Positions 1-10,089 of a DNA stretch of 64,000 nucleotides are shown piece by piece. A model generated the notes under the pieces. It searched no databases. It was not told the origin of the DNA and saw nothing but the letters and a program-made list of their open reading frames with translations. Source of the DNA: a virus; the IMG/VR virus record IMGVR_UViG_3300002220_000910. One strand, given 5' to 3'. A program made the position numbers and the translations under genes. Numbering within the stretch: the stretch's first letter is position 1; each line of letters opens with the position of its first letter.

Positions 1-85
1 TTTACGTCTAGAGAAGAAGATAAATGAGATATATAGTAAAACAGTAGACCAAAGGTTATAACTACACAACAGACGAATATCGTGT

Positions 86-913
86 ATGATTCCATCGAAG
101 AGCGATTCTATGAAAGGAGATAAAAATCCATTTTATGGGAAGCATCATTCCGAAGAAACATTGGAGAAACTTCGAAAGCCAAAAAGTGAAGAGCACAAAC
201 AGAAATTGAGCCAGGCCATGAAAGGGAAAACCATGTCCTTGGAACACCGCAAGATTATGAGTACGGTGAACGCTGGTAGAAAATTATCTGAAGAAACGAA
301 AGCGAAGATCGCCGCAGCAAGAACCGGCAAAAAGCACACAGAAGAAACGAAAAAGAAAATATCAGATTCGTATACCAACGAAAAACTGATAAACGCCGGA
401 AATCGAATGAAAGGTAACAGCAACCCGATGCATCGAACCAACATCAAAAATCCAGAACTTCATAGAGAGTCATTAATTCTTTCATTGAATGATATTTGGT
501 ATGGTGGAGTAAAATACCCACAGGACAAGAGAAGTGTTTATTGCGAGAAGTGGACCCCAGACCTACGAGAACGAATACGAGCGTTTTGGAATTACCAGAG
601 TCCAATCTCTGGAAAGACATCTATTGAAAATAAAGGAATGGCACTTGATTGTCATCACGTCTATTATCAGAAGAAAGCGTGTTGCCACTGGGATGAAGAT
701 GCTCGTGGGTATTATGCCATCGTCGATGGAGAAAAATACTACATCAAAGGAGATCCTAACAAATTTGTTCCATTGACGAGAGATGAACACAGTAGAACGA
801 AAACAAACAAATTACAGTGGATAAAATTTTTTGAAGATATCATAGAGGAGAATGGTGGGAAATGTTACTTCTCCGAAGAGGAATTTTCTAAACTTTTTAA
901 AACAGACTCTTAA
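86..913 (+). CDS. NUMOD3-repeat HNH-type homing endonuclease
   Basis: N-terminal NUMOD3 repeats (GKHHSEETLEKL, GRKLSEETKAKI, GKKHTEETKKKIS); C-terminal LDCHHVYYQKKACC...NKFVPLTRDEH HNH-like domain; paralogues at 28490 and 51569. Confidence 0.85.
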   Translation: MIPSKSDSMKGDKNPFYGKHHSEETLEKLRKPKSEEHKQKLSQAMKGKTMSLEHRKIMSTVNAGRKLSEETKAKIAAARTGKKHTEETKKKISDSYTNEKLINAGNRMKGNSNPMHRTNIKNPELHRESLILSLNDIWYGGVKYPQDKRSVYCEKWTPDLRERIRAFWNYQSPISGKTSIENKGMALDCHHVYYQKKACCHWDEDARGYYAIVDGEKYYIKGDPNKFVPLTRDEHSRTKTNKLQWIKFFEDIIEENGGKCYFSEEEFSKLFKTDS

Positions 914-956
914 CCGGTTTTGCCCTGCCCATTTGGGGCAGGACCGGATTTTTTTC
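914..956 (+). terminator. Hairpin plus T-tract between convergent genes
   Basis: CCTGCCC/GGGCAGG stem followed by a T7 run just after the HNH stop codon. Confidence 0.45.
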
Positions 957-1007
957 TTGGAACCTTTTCCGTTCTCTGGAGGAAAGATTCTAAAGGAATT
1001 ATATTCC

Positions 1008-1304
1008 TTAAAGAATCATGCCGCGCAGATAGAAGAAAAGCAGGCCCAAAAATACGAACGCAATGCAGGCCGATATGATACCAATGTTGCTGGTATAAAT
1101 TGAGCTGGTCGCGGGCATATCGGTGTTGTACGTGGAGTTCCACTCGCTGGTTGGCGAGAGCGCGGGCATCGTGCCTTCCACAGTACCAGCAACGAAAGGT
1201 ACAATCATCAGGTAGATGATAAGAACCAGGAAACCGGCAACAGTGGTCACGAGCAGTGCCATCGGTGTGCTCATTGGAGAAACCATACGCTGACCTTTTG
1301 CCAT
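1008..1304 (-). CDS. Small two-helix membrane protein; candidate major virion protein (spindle-shaped-virus MCP-like layout)
   Basis: 98 aa with two hydrophobic segments separated by a polar linker containing an NST sequon; own TTTAAATA box and AGGAGGTG RBS upstream. Confidence 0.55.
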   Translation of the reverse strand: MAKGQRMVSPMSTPMALLVTTVAGFLVLIIYLMIVPFVAGTVEGTMPALSPTSEWNSTYNTDMPATSSIYTSNIGIISACIAFVFLGLLFFYLRGMIL

Positions 1305-1369
1305 AAAACATGCACCTCCTAATCAATAAGTAAATGCAAAAAGTATTTAAATCTATTTATCTCGTCTGT

Positions 1370-3559
1370 TTATCTACGCACAACTCTTGTAGTTCCCCAC
1401 CGGACGTAATCCATCAACAAGATGTTGGCAGCAGCATCGGTTGTAGATTCCGCTACAATGATGCAGGGACTTGTGTCCTGGTCGGTTGCGTTCGGGATCC
1501 GGGCCGTCTGCGTGGCTGTCCAAACTTGATTCCCGCTGGAGTCATAGAGAGTATACGTTGCAAACGTTGGAGGGTTGTTGATCTGGATGGTTCCGCGATA
1601 CCACGTTGCGGTGGTTGTAGTATAGGCGTCGGTGTAAGCGCGATTGCTGTTGCTTGACCCTGCTCCACGGATCTCCTGCGCCACACTGGTGCCGCTCAAA
1701 TTAAACCAGACCCCATCAACCGGCAGGGTATTTCCGGCAGTGGTGTCGGCCCATCCGAACTTCGCGCCTTGGGTTGATCGAACCCCCACCGGCTGGAATA
1801 CAACCTCGAAGAATTCCCCGCCTTGGAGCACCTGCCTTCCGTTACACCCAAAACGATATCCGCCGTTTGCTGTGGTTGAATCTCGCATATAGATGACGCC
1901 GGGATGGTCGGCATCGGTGGCAACCGCGCCAACCGTTCCGGAACTAACAGCGGCCCCGAGGAATCCCGGGATTGCTTGCGTAGAAGGATCAAAGAAATCC
2001 GATTGAATCAATGTTGTCCAATTCGGCCCGGACCCCTGCGTCATGTTGGTCAGGATGTGGGCATCGGCTGCATACAGAGCATCGGCTGCAGTTACTCCGC
2101 CGCCGCCTCCAAACGAACTCGTCCCGTCCGAATTAATGTACGCAACCTGCGTATTGGCATAATTCCGTATCGACACGTTGGTTGCCCCAGCATTATCCCC
2201 GAGCCGTAAAACAATCCCTTCATTCTGTGCGGCGGTAACCCACACCGGGTTCTCCATAGGATAAACCAGCAGCACGTCGTCGGCATTCGAACCAACGAGA
2301 GAATACGCAACCTTCACAGACCGCCCAGAAGTTGGTCGAATATTTGTCAATCCTCCTGGCGTTGGGGTTGCAAATAGAAGATCCCCGGCAAGCCATGTTT
2401 CACCGTTGGGATTCACTTCAAGATTGGTCGATCTTGTATCAACTTCGGTGAGCACACCCGACCGGCGAACGCTTCCGATATTACCGGACACGGTATCCGC
2501 AATCATGGTTCCAACAACGCGGCTTGTCGCAGTCTGGCTGTTATTTGCAAGCATTACCACCGGGTCATTCACAGAAGATCCAGATAAGTAAACCGCCTGC
2601 CCCTTGCTGATTGCTTCACCGGCTATTACCGAGAATGTAAGCGTAGAAGCATCCTCGATGGATAACGGGGTCTGGACGTGTGATACATGCGTAGTTCCCT
2701 GATACACAAAATGAACGGCGGTATTTGGAACACGATCTGTTTTTCCGTATACCTTTATGACTATTCTATCGGTGAGTGCAACTGGATATGCAGATGGTTG
2801 AACGTAACTTGTTAAATACTCGTTCACAGTCAAGTCATTGATATCATCTGATGTTGCGGTAAACAGAAGCGTTTCCGTTCCACCCACGGTTCGATTATAA
2901 ATTTTAAATACCACCTGCGTTGTACCGGCAGAACTATCCACGTAATGGAAGGTACGGAATCTCCACAATCCCGCTGGAAGCAATGCCTGACCTGGATACC
3001 CGGAGATCGTGGCATATGGATCAATCAGAACCTCCCCGGTCCCCGAATTAACCGTAACCGATTCATCCACCTCTGTGATTCCGGCTGGCATCGACTCCAA
3101 TCCCTCATACCCAGCAATGTCGCTGGCGGTATTATTGAAATAGAGAATTGTTCCCCCGGTTCCTCCGGTTGCACCTGGTGGCCCCGCGGTCATATTCGCG
3201 GTCTGGTTCATCGGGCCCATTGGCCCAGTAGCACCTGGGGTACCGGGATCCCCTGGCGTTCCATTTATTCCCTGAATTCCCTGAATGCCTTGTGGTCCTT
3301 GGATGCCCTGAATACCCTGTGGACCTTGTGACCCAGTGGGTATTGTGAAATCAAGAAAAACATTATACGGAGTTCCTATATTCGAAACAAGAGCACTCGT
3401 TCCAGGAGCGCCAGTAAATGTCCAATTGACAGCAACTGCCGTGGGAGTTCCATTCGTAGATGATCCGGATTTATGGCAGCTTGGACAAAAAACCACAGCA
3501 CTCGAAACCCCAGAAAAAACGATAAGAAATGCAATAAAAAGTAAAAATATTCGTTTCAT
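1370..3559 (-). CDS. Secreted collagen-like fibre/adhesin
   Basis: Signal peptide; (G-X-Y)n run [12 protein letters not shown]...[18 protein letters not shown] motif; beta-rich C-terminal domains. Confidence 0.75.
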   Translation of the reverse strand: MKRIFLLFIAFLIVFSGVSSAVVFCPSCHKSGSSTNGTPTAVAVNWTFTGAPGTSALVSNIGTPYNVFLDFTIPTGSQGPQGIQGIQGPQGIQGIQGINGTPGDPGTPGATGPMGPMNQTANMTAGPPGATGGTGGTILYFNNTASDIAGYEGLESMPAGITEVDESVTVNSGTGEVLIDPYATISGYPGQALLPAGLWRFRTFHYVDSSAGTTQVVFKIYNRTVGGTETLLFTATSDDINDLTVNEYLTSYVQPSAYPVALTDRIVIKVYGKTDRVPNTAVHFVYQGTTHVSHVQTPLSIEDASTLTFSVIAGEAISKGQAVYLSGSSVNDPVVMLANNSQTATSRVVGTMIADTVSGNIGSVRRSGVLTEVDTRSTNLEVNPNGETWLAGDLLFATPTPGGLTNIRPTSGRSVKVAYSLVGSNADDVLLVYPMENPVWVTAAQNEGIVLRLGDNAGATNVSIRNYANTQVAYINSDGTSSFGGGGGVTAADALYAADAHILTNMTQGSGPNWTTLIQSDFFDPSTQAIPGFLGAAVSSGTVGAVATDADHPGVIYMRDSTTANGGYRFGCNGRQVLQGGEFFEVVFQPVGVRSTQGAKFGWADTTAGNTLPVDGVWFNLSGTSVAQEIRGAGSSNSNRAYTDAYTTTTATWYRGTIQINNPPTFATYTLYDSSGNQVWTATQTARIPNATDQDTSPCIIVAESTTDAAANILLMDYVRWGTTRVVRR

Positions 3560-3889
3560 TTACATCCCATTCCTCTTCTTACGATTGATCGAAACAGCAT
3601 ATGCCAGGGCCCCGATCACCAGAAATATTCCGACTATATACATCAAAATCCTCAACGGGCCGCTATACAATCCTGCGAACATTCCATTAACCCCTTCAGC
3701 AGCAGCAATGGTTTCATTACCGGCGTTCGAGGAATTGGAATATTTCTGCAGATCGTTTGCCTCGGAGGATGTTCCTAAAATGGAAGGGGTGAATACCAGG
3801 AGCCCAAAAATAAGAGCTACCACCGCGAGCAAAGTGATGATAGGCACCAGCGACCCCCAATTGTTCCTTCCTCTAGCCAAGATTCTCAC
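3560..3889 (-). CDS. Small two-helix membrane protein, putative virion protein
   Basis: Two hydrophobic helices, a linker with NSS/NET sequons and a basic C-terminus. Confidence 0.6.
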   Translation of the reverse strand: MRILARGRNNWGSLVPIITLLAVVALIFGLLVFTPSILGTSSEANDLQKYSNSSNAGNETIAAAEGVNGMFAGLYSGPLRILMYIVGIFLVIGALAYAVSINRKKRNGM

Positions 3890-4424
3890 CCGTTGCCGGA
3901 GGACTTCCTCTAATGAAACTCATTATCGTTGGCCACCCAGACCCGAATACGAACCATAGGAACAGTGCGGCGTTCAGAAGTGAAAGAAATATGAAGAAAT
4001 AAGCGAGTCCTTTCTCTTGATACTGGGTGTATATGATATCATGAGTGGAGTACGCCAACGTGAGATTTTCCATGCTTGGCCAGGATGGATTACCAACCCC
4101 AATCGCTTTCGAAGTGTACATCCCGGCCCCATTAGCATCAAGAACATAACTATTGGTTCCAAACGACCCTTGAAGTTCCGCTATCTGGAACTGGTTGAGG
4201 CCATCATAATCCATGCAGTAAGTGATATTCTCGACCACGGTAATGTCAACAATTGATCCATTAAGGAACCACATTACGAATATCGCACAAAGGATCGTGT
4301 TTATTCCCGACACAAGGATGTTCGCAAGCATGGAATTGTCATCTACCGTGAACCCCCTGAAAAGATAATAAAAGCACCCGAGTGACGCCAGGAGGAACAC
4401 AAGTGCAAGAATTGGGGGTATCAT
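3873..4424 (-). CDS. Membrane protein (3 TM)
   Basis: Three hydrophobic segments; coupled to neighbours in the operon. Confidence 0.7.
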   Translation of the reverse strand: MIPPILALVFLLASLGCFYYLFRGFTVDDNSMLANILVSGINTILCAIFVMWFLNGSIVDITVVENITYCMDYDGLNQFQIAELQGSFGTNSYVLDANGAGMYTSKAIGVGNPSWPSMENLTLAYSTHDIIYTQYQEKGLAYFFIFLSLLNAALFLWFVFGSGWPTIMSFIRGSPPATGENLG

Positions 4425-4427
4425 CGA

Positions 4428-4739
4428 TTACGCCCCCATTCCTGCACAATGCGGCCCGATTTCTGGCTCCGAAAGATTTTCAACATCCGCTTCCTGATCC
4501 CGCTGCTCACGATTTGAAGATTTCTTCGAATCACCTTCGTTAACAATAACAACCCTTTGTTTCGAATCCATTTTCTGCAGGATCGAATTCAAAATTCTCA
4601 CGACATCTTCCGGTCGCTTTTCATCGACGCGCACAATTTTCACATGATTGGAGTCCCGTATTGTCATATCTACAGTAAGAGGCTCCCGAAGAGGTGGGCG
4701 ACGTGATGGTTGTTCTTGTTTGACTCCTGGAACGTGCAT
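4428..4739 (-). CDS. Hypothetical protein
   Basis: ATG at 4739 overlaps the upstream stop (TAATG); the longer ORF-track version is a shadow extension. Confidence 0.55.
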   Translation of the reverse strand: MHVPGVKQEQPSRRPPLREPLTVDMTIRDSNHVKIVRVDEKRPEDVVRILNSILQKMDSKQRVVIVNEGDSKKSSNREQRDQEADVENLSEPEIGPHCAGMGA

Positions 4740-5506
4740 TATATTCTCTCCTTGACAAGTGAGTATATAATAGCAACGATGGCTAGTCCTATGAATGATA
4801 CTGCAAGAAGTTTCATTGTAGCTGGCAACCGTGCTATGATATAAATTCCCATAAACATTCCGATAATCCCTGCAACGACAAAGTCCTTGCTGATGAGCCA
4901 ATTCATTATGAATGGCAATGAGAAGATAAGGATCGCAAAGACGGTATACCCGAGAACACTCACATAAACATCCTGTGCTCCCTGAAGTCCTCCAAGGAAA
5001 TCGATCCCGATCCACCCATCTTGGACACTTTCATTCCCGCCGATGACATCAATGAACGTCTGTGAATAAGACTCGTTCAACAGTGCAACGGTTTGTGTCA
5101 CCATCACCAGTGGCTGGAGCGAAACTGATATGTTGAGAACTTTTGTTTGGTATGAAGATGATACCGCATCTGAAGCATTCAGAACAACGACATTCTTTGC
5201 CGAGCCATTGACGTACACCAGCCATTTTTGAACCGGGTAAGAGTACTGGTGAGTGGTTTGCTGTCCAGATCCTTTTCTCCCATCTCCAAAATCCCACGTC
5301 CATGATGTCGCCCCTCCGGCAGATGCATTAAATGAAAGTATCTGTGCCTTGGTTGCACTCAACGTGGTAAGATTATCCCATGTGCTCCCATTCGTCGTAT
5401 TGAGATAATAGACATTAAAGTTCGCAACCGGGGCCGCAAGACATGGGCCGGCCAGGAATATCATCGCCAGGAGTATTCCAAAAAAATTTCGTGTTTTCAT
5501 TTTCAT
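4739..5506 (-). CDS. PKD-domain membrane protein
   Basis: Signal peptide; PKD motif SWTWDFGDG...TTHQY; three C-terminal TM helices. Confidence 0.8.
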   Translation of the reverse strand: MKMKTRNFFGILLAMIFLAGPCLAAPVANFNVYYLNTTNGSTWDNLTTLSATKAQILSFNASAGGATSWTWDFGDGRKGSGQQTTHQYSYPVQKWLVYVNGSAKNVVVLNASDAVSSSYQTKVLNISVSLQPLVMVTQTVALLNESYSQTFIDVIGGNESVQDGWIGIDFLGGLQGAQDVYVSVLGYTVFAILIFSLPFIMNWLISKDFVVAGIIGMFMGIYIIARLPATMKLLAVSFIGLAIVAIIYSLVKERI

Positions 5507-5874
5507 CAGTCCTGGGATTGGCTAACGTGCCCGGTCCATATCCCGTAGATACCCCAGATCAGAACCAACCATATCGGGGTCTGAATCATCAGGGCAATCT
5601 GGAATGGAACCCCATACGCCATGAGGAGTGGGATGATGGTCAGAAGTGATAACAGTGCTCCTCCGATCACCTGATAAAACATCTTTATCGTGGACCACAT
5701 AGTCCAGGGATTTATTGCAATATCCCCAGTCTGTTCTGAAAAATCCGTTACCTGAGCTTCGGTAATGATCGCCTTCTGTTCCGGGAGATTCATGCTATAT
5801 AGTCCCATGGCATTCAACCCCCCATTCACTGCTCCAAAGATCAGCATTACCAACATTATTTTGTAAGCCATCAT
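5506..5874 (-). CDS. Small membrane protein
   Basis: Hydrophobic 122-aa ORF in the operon. Confidence 0.7.
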   Translation of the reverse strand: MMAYKIMLVMLIFGAVNGGLNAMGLYSMNLPEQKAIITEAQVTDFSEQTGDIAINPWTMWSTIKMFYQVIGGALLSLLTIIPLLMAYGVPFQIALMIQTPIWLVLIWGIYGIWTGHVSQSQD

Positions 5875-5888
5875 AGTTTTTTATCACC

Positions 5889-8255
5889 TCACGAGAGTAT
5901 TACCTTCTTTGATCTCAACACGATATTGTAGAGAATCGCAAACACTGTCATCGAAACCAAGGCCGTTATCACAATGTATGCCGGGGCCATATTTGTCCAC
6001 CACCGCATGAAGAAGAATATCCATGCGAAGAATGCTGCGACGATCACCGTTTCCCCGGGCTTTGATACAGAGAACCCGGCCAGGGTGATGAACATCAACA
6101 ACCCCATTCCAATGAGATGAAGCATGTCCTCCGGAAGCCCCAGGGAAATGGGACCTGGCGGGAATGTCACCCCAAAATCACGAGTGGTATTTCCAAATAT
6201 CGTGTGATTGTATGAAACATGAATGAGATAGCTCTGATCGCGGCTCCCTGGGATGTCAATTATCGAAGTGAAATCAGAACTTCCAACCACCGTCCTGTTG
6301 GTCACCTCGTGTTCGATAGTAGAGTTTCCAGATACTGTACTCTGGTTGACCCATATTTTCACGAATCTTGTCTGGGAAAGACGATCAGAATATGTAGTCA
6401 TGATACGACCATGGGTCGTGTTGATTTCCGTACCATTGACACTCACCCGGACTACATCAAGTTCGTTATACCCGGACTCGTAAAGAAACGACGAATTCAT
6501 CTCCTGGGTCCAGATTGTGTAGTCATCATCCTTTGGATAGATCAACATCGATTTCGAGACGATCCCTGGCTTGTATGCAGTGATGTTGTACTGGACGCTC
6601 TCGACCATCAGGAAATTGATTGCTCCATCAGTACCAGTGTGTCCGAAAAGAGTCGTATTTTGAACATTTGCTCCGGATCCACTGATTACTCCTATCCACG
6701 CAAAAAGCCAATCAAACGGCCCCGATGCCTCAACATATGTCGCGGTGACATTGACACCCTCGATCGGCCCCTTCCATACATCTTTCACGATAATTTTAAC
6801 ATTGTGAGCTGAGCTGTACTGAACTTGAGAAGAATTGCTACTAGGAGCTGACGTCAACTGATATGTTTCTTCGGTATCTTCATCAATGACTTTTGAGAAC
6901 CCTCTTGTACTATATCCATCCGATTCGATCCACCCAGCAATAACAGCGTATGGCGTTTGCAAAATAACCGTTCCATTCGTTGTGGAATATATCGTTCCGG
7001 TAGCAGCATCTATTACAGAGAACGATGAAATTGGAATTCCTGTTGATGAATCCGTGACGCGGATCGTAAAAATGTACTGTGGATCGAGATAGATATCCTG
7101 CTGGTTGAATATACTATAATTCACAACAGAATGATATCCTGTTGTTTGACTGTACCCAATGGCATTACTCGCATTCAAGTACACCAGATAATTCCCGAAT
7201 GCGGAATATGCATGTGAAGGATTCTGGACACTAGAATTTGGAGTGCCATCACCAAACCCCCAATCCCACGACGTGGGTGAATATGTGCTGGTATCTGTAA
7301 ATGTAACCGATTCCAATATTTCCGTTGGATTTACAGACTGTATGAACGATGCTGTAGGTGGTTGTGGAGGAGTTACATTCACCCAATAATTCAATGGGGT
7401 GATATTTGATCCATAGGAGTTTGTCGCATTAAGTTTGATAGAATAATTACCTGTGGTAAACACGTAAGATGGATTTCGAAGAGTCGAAAATTCAACCGGA
7501 GTGTTATTTCCGGCAACGTTTGTAAAATTCCACGCCCACAATGTTGGGGTATTTATTGAAGTATCAGTAAATTGAACAGTGAGTGGGGTTTCGCCTATGG
7601 TGACATTAGATGTAAATGACGCCGTGGGTGGCGGTGGGGTTTCCCAACTATATTCCCCTAGAATATAATATCCACCTCCAGCATATCCACCAAGATATAC
7701 ATACGGACCCATATTCGTACCGGATGTCACTATAGTCCCAGTTGTAGGAGATATCACATAAACCGTGGAATATGCATATGCAGCACTGTCTGTACACGAC
7801 CCACGCAAGTTAAACATTCCCGCCCCCCCCACAGCCCGACTTAGATTATCTGCTACCCCAACAATACCTGCATTATTCTGGATATTTGAAATTGTATGCG
7901 ATGTAGTAAAATTCGCATTATAAGTGTTCCTAGCATCGGTTCCCCATGTAAGAGCAACATCAAATGAATAATTTTGTGGGGCTATCGAATTATATGCATA
8001 CAATGTACACGACGCCGACGGTACATTATAGTCATATACACCCGAGTTACCAGTGGTCATGTTGCGACCATATATTCTCAACGTGCCTTCAGTAAGATTC
8101 GCAGGATTTCCAACAAATATGTATCTAGTAACCCCATAATTATTCGAAGTACCACCCGCAGCATCTCCCACGGTATAGTTTATCGTCGCCGCAAGCGCGG
8201 TTCCGGAAAATGTAATCAGAAGAATCACTGCGATAAAAATTATTTTCGCGTTCAT
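5889..8255 (-). CDS. Large secreted, membrane-anchored protein with two PKD domains (spike/adhesin candidate)
   Basis: Signal peptide MNAKIIF; PLTVQFTDTS...WAWNF...NPSY and VTFTDTS...WDWGFGDG...NPSHAY; many NxS/T sequons; three C-terminal TMs. Confidence 0.85.
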   Translation of the reverse strand: MNAKIIFIAVILLITFSGTALAATINYTVGDAAGGTSNNYGVTRYIFVGNPANLTEGTLRIYGRNMTTGNSGVYDYNVPSASCTLYAYNSIAPQNYSFDVALTWGTDARNTYNANFTTSHTISNIQNNAGIVGVADNLSRAVGGAGMFNLRGSCTDSAAYAYSTVYVISPTTGTIVTSGTNMGPYVYLGGYAGGGYYILGEYSWETPPPPTASFTSNVTIGETPLTVQFTDTSINTPTLWAWNFTNVAGNNTPVEFSTLRNPSYVFTTGNYSIKLNATNSYGSNITPLNYWVNVTPPQPPTASFIQSVNPTEILESVTFTDTSTYSPTSWDWGFGDGTPNSSVQNPSHAYSAFGNYLVYLNASNAIGYSQTTGYHSVVNYSIFNQQDIYLDPQYIFTIRVTDSSTGIPISSFSVIDAATGTIYSTTNGTVILQTPYAVIAGWIESDGYSTRGFSKVIDEDTEETYQLTSAPSSNSSQVQYSSAHNVKIIVKDVWKGPIEGVNVTATYVEASGPFDWLFAWIGVISGSGANVQNTTLFGHTGTDGAINFLMVESVQYNITAYKPGIVSKSMLIYPKDDDYTIWTQEMNSSFLYESGYNELDVVRVSVNGTEINTTHGRIMTTYSDRLSQTRFVKIWVNQSTVSGNSTIEHEVTNRTVVGSSDFTSIIDIPGSRDQSYLIHVSYNHTIFGNTTRDFGVTFPPGPISLGLPEDMLHLIGMGLLMFITLAGFSVSKPGETVIVAAFFAWIFFFMRWWTNMAPAYIVITALVSMTVFAILYNIVLRSKKVILS

Positions 8256-8256
8256 A

Positions 8257-9918
8257 TCACACCACACACTTCAAATAATTCTGGCTTCCATATCCGATCT
8301 TACTTCCGGTTACCGTATAACACCGATCTTTCGTAAGAAATGCACTATCCGATTCGTCAATCTGATAGTACCCAACCCCATTCCCGTTGACACTGTAACT
8401 TTCTGCATAAGTAGCATTCGTTGCGGTAACTGTCGGAAGTGAGATCGGTCTGCCATATACGGTATCCCTGACAACCCCCCCGATTGCAATACCATCGTGC
8501 GACGGGGTAAGACTCTGAAGCGTGAAATTCACCGTAATGGTTTTTGAATCAAGTGGGGTAAATGAATAAGCGTACTGATAATATCCGATTGCCGTGACAT
8601 TGATCTCGGTCAGAGTACCTGAATAAAACATCGTGTTTGTTGTATAATTCCCATCTGCGGAAGTGACTTTGTTATAGGCGATAGTTCCCTGTTTAATGCT
8701 AACATTCGCTACCGGAATGTATGCTTCTGTTTCAGCATCGAACACATTTCCTGTCAATATCAGATATCCAGTGAGCTCGGTACTGTCAAAATCGAGCCAC
8801 ACATCTGATCCACCGGATGTCGGGGTTGCAATCAGAGTGGCGTAATAAATTCCGAGTGGATCCGATGAGGTAAATGTCACACTTTTCGAACCAGATTGTG
8901 TAGTCACGACTTGACTATCAACTACGTTTCCATAAACATCGAGCGTGTCAAGCCGGTACGCGTATGTAACGATATCCCAATACCCGGCGTCAACGGAGTA
9001 GGTAACAATCGCGGTATCGCCACGGGCGTAAGTGTCCCTGTCAAATGCAACACCGGCGCCAGACCCAATATACGGGATAACGGACGAGTATTTACCGCTA
9101 CCTGCTACAGTGGTTACATAGAATCCATAAGGAGCACCGCTGTCAAAAATGGCATCCTGAAGCGGCCATGCAATCGACCCCGCTTGCGAACCCGCAGGGG
9201 TATCATATGTCCAGTAAACATTACCGGCATAGTCTTTGAGTTGCACCGTCTGGCTGGCGTTGCTGTCACCAAATCCCCATGTAGTTGTCATGTTGCACGA
9301 TGATAGGAGAGTTCCGTTTGCATAAAATAATCCGGATGTAGCAGGATTGATCATGTCCTTCTTGAGAAAAAACCCCTGTTCGGGCGATCCGAAAATATAA
9401 CGATTCTCGGTAGTGCCATAGACGAAATCGTCTGTATATGATACCCCCCCAACATAAGTCCCAACGTATGAAGGATTCTGGGCTAATACAACCGCTGGGG
9501 CACTCGTTGACGCCCCATTAATATACGCCCTTGCTGATCCCCCAACCACTTTTATTTCTATACGCGAATTTGGGCGGGATGTAGCGAGCCCGAACGATCC
9601 AATCTGATTTAAAGAGCCATCATACATGACGACATTAACACCACCCGTATCCGGCTTTGTAAATGCTGCGTAAGTCATTGGCAACGGATCGGCATTTACA
9701 ACCAGCGCGTCGTAAACAACACGGGTTGATGAAACATAACTATTCCCTCCGGTTTTGTTCTGAACCCATGCGCAAGTACCAATACTGGCGGAACCCGGTG
9801 AGTATTTTATACATTGAATATGCGCCCCGAACTCACTCGTATCCTGAAACGTCAGGCTCAACCCGGCAACCGGCGCCACCACCATCAGCACCATCACCAA
9901 AAAAAGCAATCGCTTCAT
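8257..9918 (-). CDS. Secreted beta-rich protein with carboxypeptidase-regulatory-like domains
   Basis: Signal peptide; LTGNVFDAET..IPVANVSI...TSADGNY motif. Confidence 0.75.
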   Translation of the reverse strand: MKRLLFLVMVLMVVAPVAGLSLTFQDTSEFGAHIQCIKYSPGSASIGTCAWVQNKTGGNSYVSSTRVVYDALVVNADPLPMTYAAFTKPDTGGVNVVMYDGSLNQIGSFGLATSRPNSRIEIKVVGGSARAYINGASTSAPAVVLAQNPSYVGTYVGGVSYTDDFVYGTTENRYIFGSPEQGFFLKKDMINPATSGLFYANGTLLSSCNMTTTWGFGDSNASQTVQLKDYAGNVYWTYDTPAGSQAGSIAWPLQDAIFDSGAPYGFYVTTVAGSGKYSSVIPYIGSGAGVAFDRDTYARGDTAIVTYSVDAGYWDIVTYAYRLDTLDVYGNVVDSQVVTTQSGSKSVTFTSSDPLGIYYATLIATPTSGGSDVWLDFDSTELTGYLILTGNVFDAETEAYIPVANVSIKQGTIAYNKVTSADGNYTTNTMFYSGTLTEINVTAIGYYQYAYSFTPLDSKTITVNFTLQSLTPSHDGIAIGGVVRDTVYGRPISLPTVTATNATYAESYSVNGNGVGYYQIDESDSAFLTKDRCYTVTGSKIGYGSQNYLKCVV

Positions 9919-10049
9919 TTCTTTACGTACCTCCCATACAATTTCCTCACCGGTTTTCTTCCATAAGGATTATTACATCTTGGACACCGTATTGGGTTTT
10001 TTACCCTGGGAAACTCGTTGACGTGTCCACAATAATTACACTTTTCCAT
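9915..10049 (-). CDS. Small Zn-ribbon protein (44 aa; not in the ORF track)
   Basis: MEKCNYCGHVNEFPRVKNPIRCPRCNNPY; ATGA overlap with the next gene; TTTATAT box upstream. Confidence 0.7.
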   Translation of the reverse strand: MEKCNYCGHVNEFPRVKNPIRCPRCNNPYGRKPVRKLYGRYVKK

Positions 10050-10089
10050 ATTGATGAATTATGCACAGAAGATATAAAAAAGAGATGGG

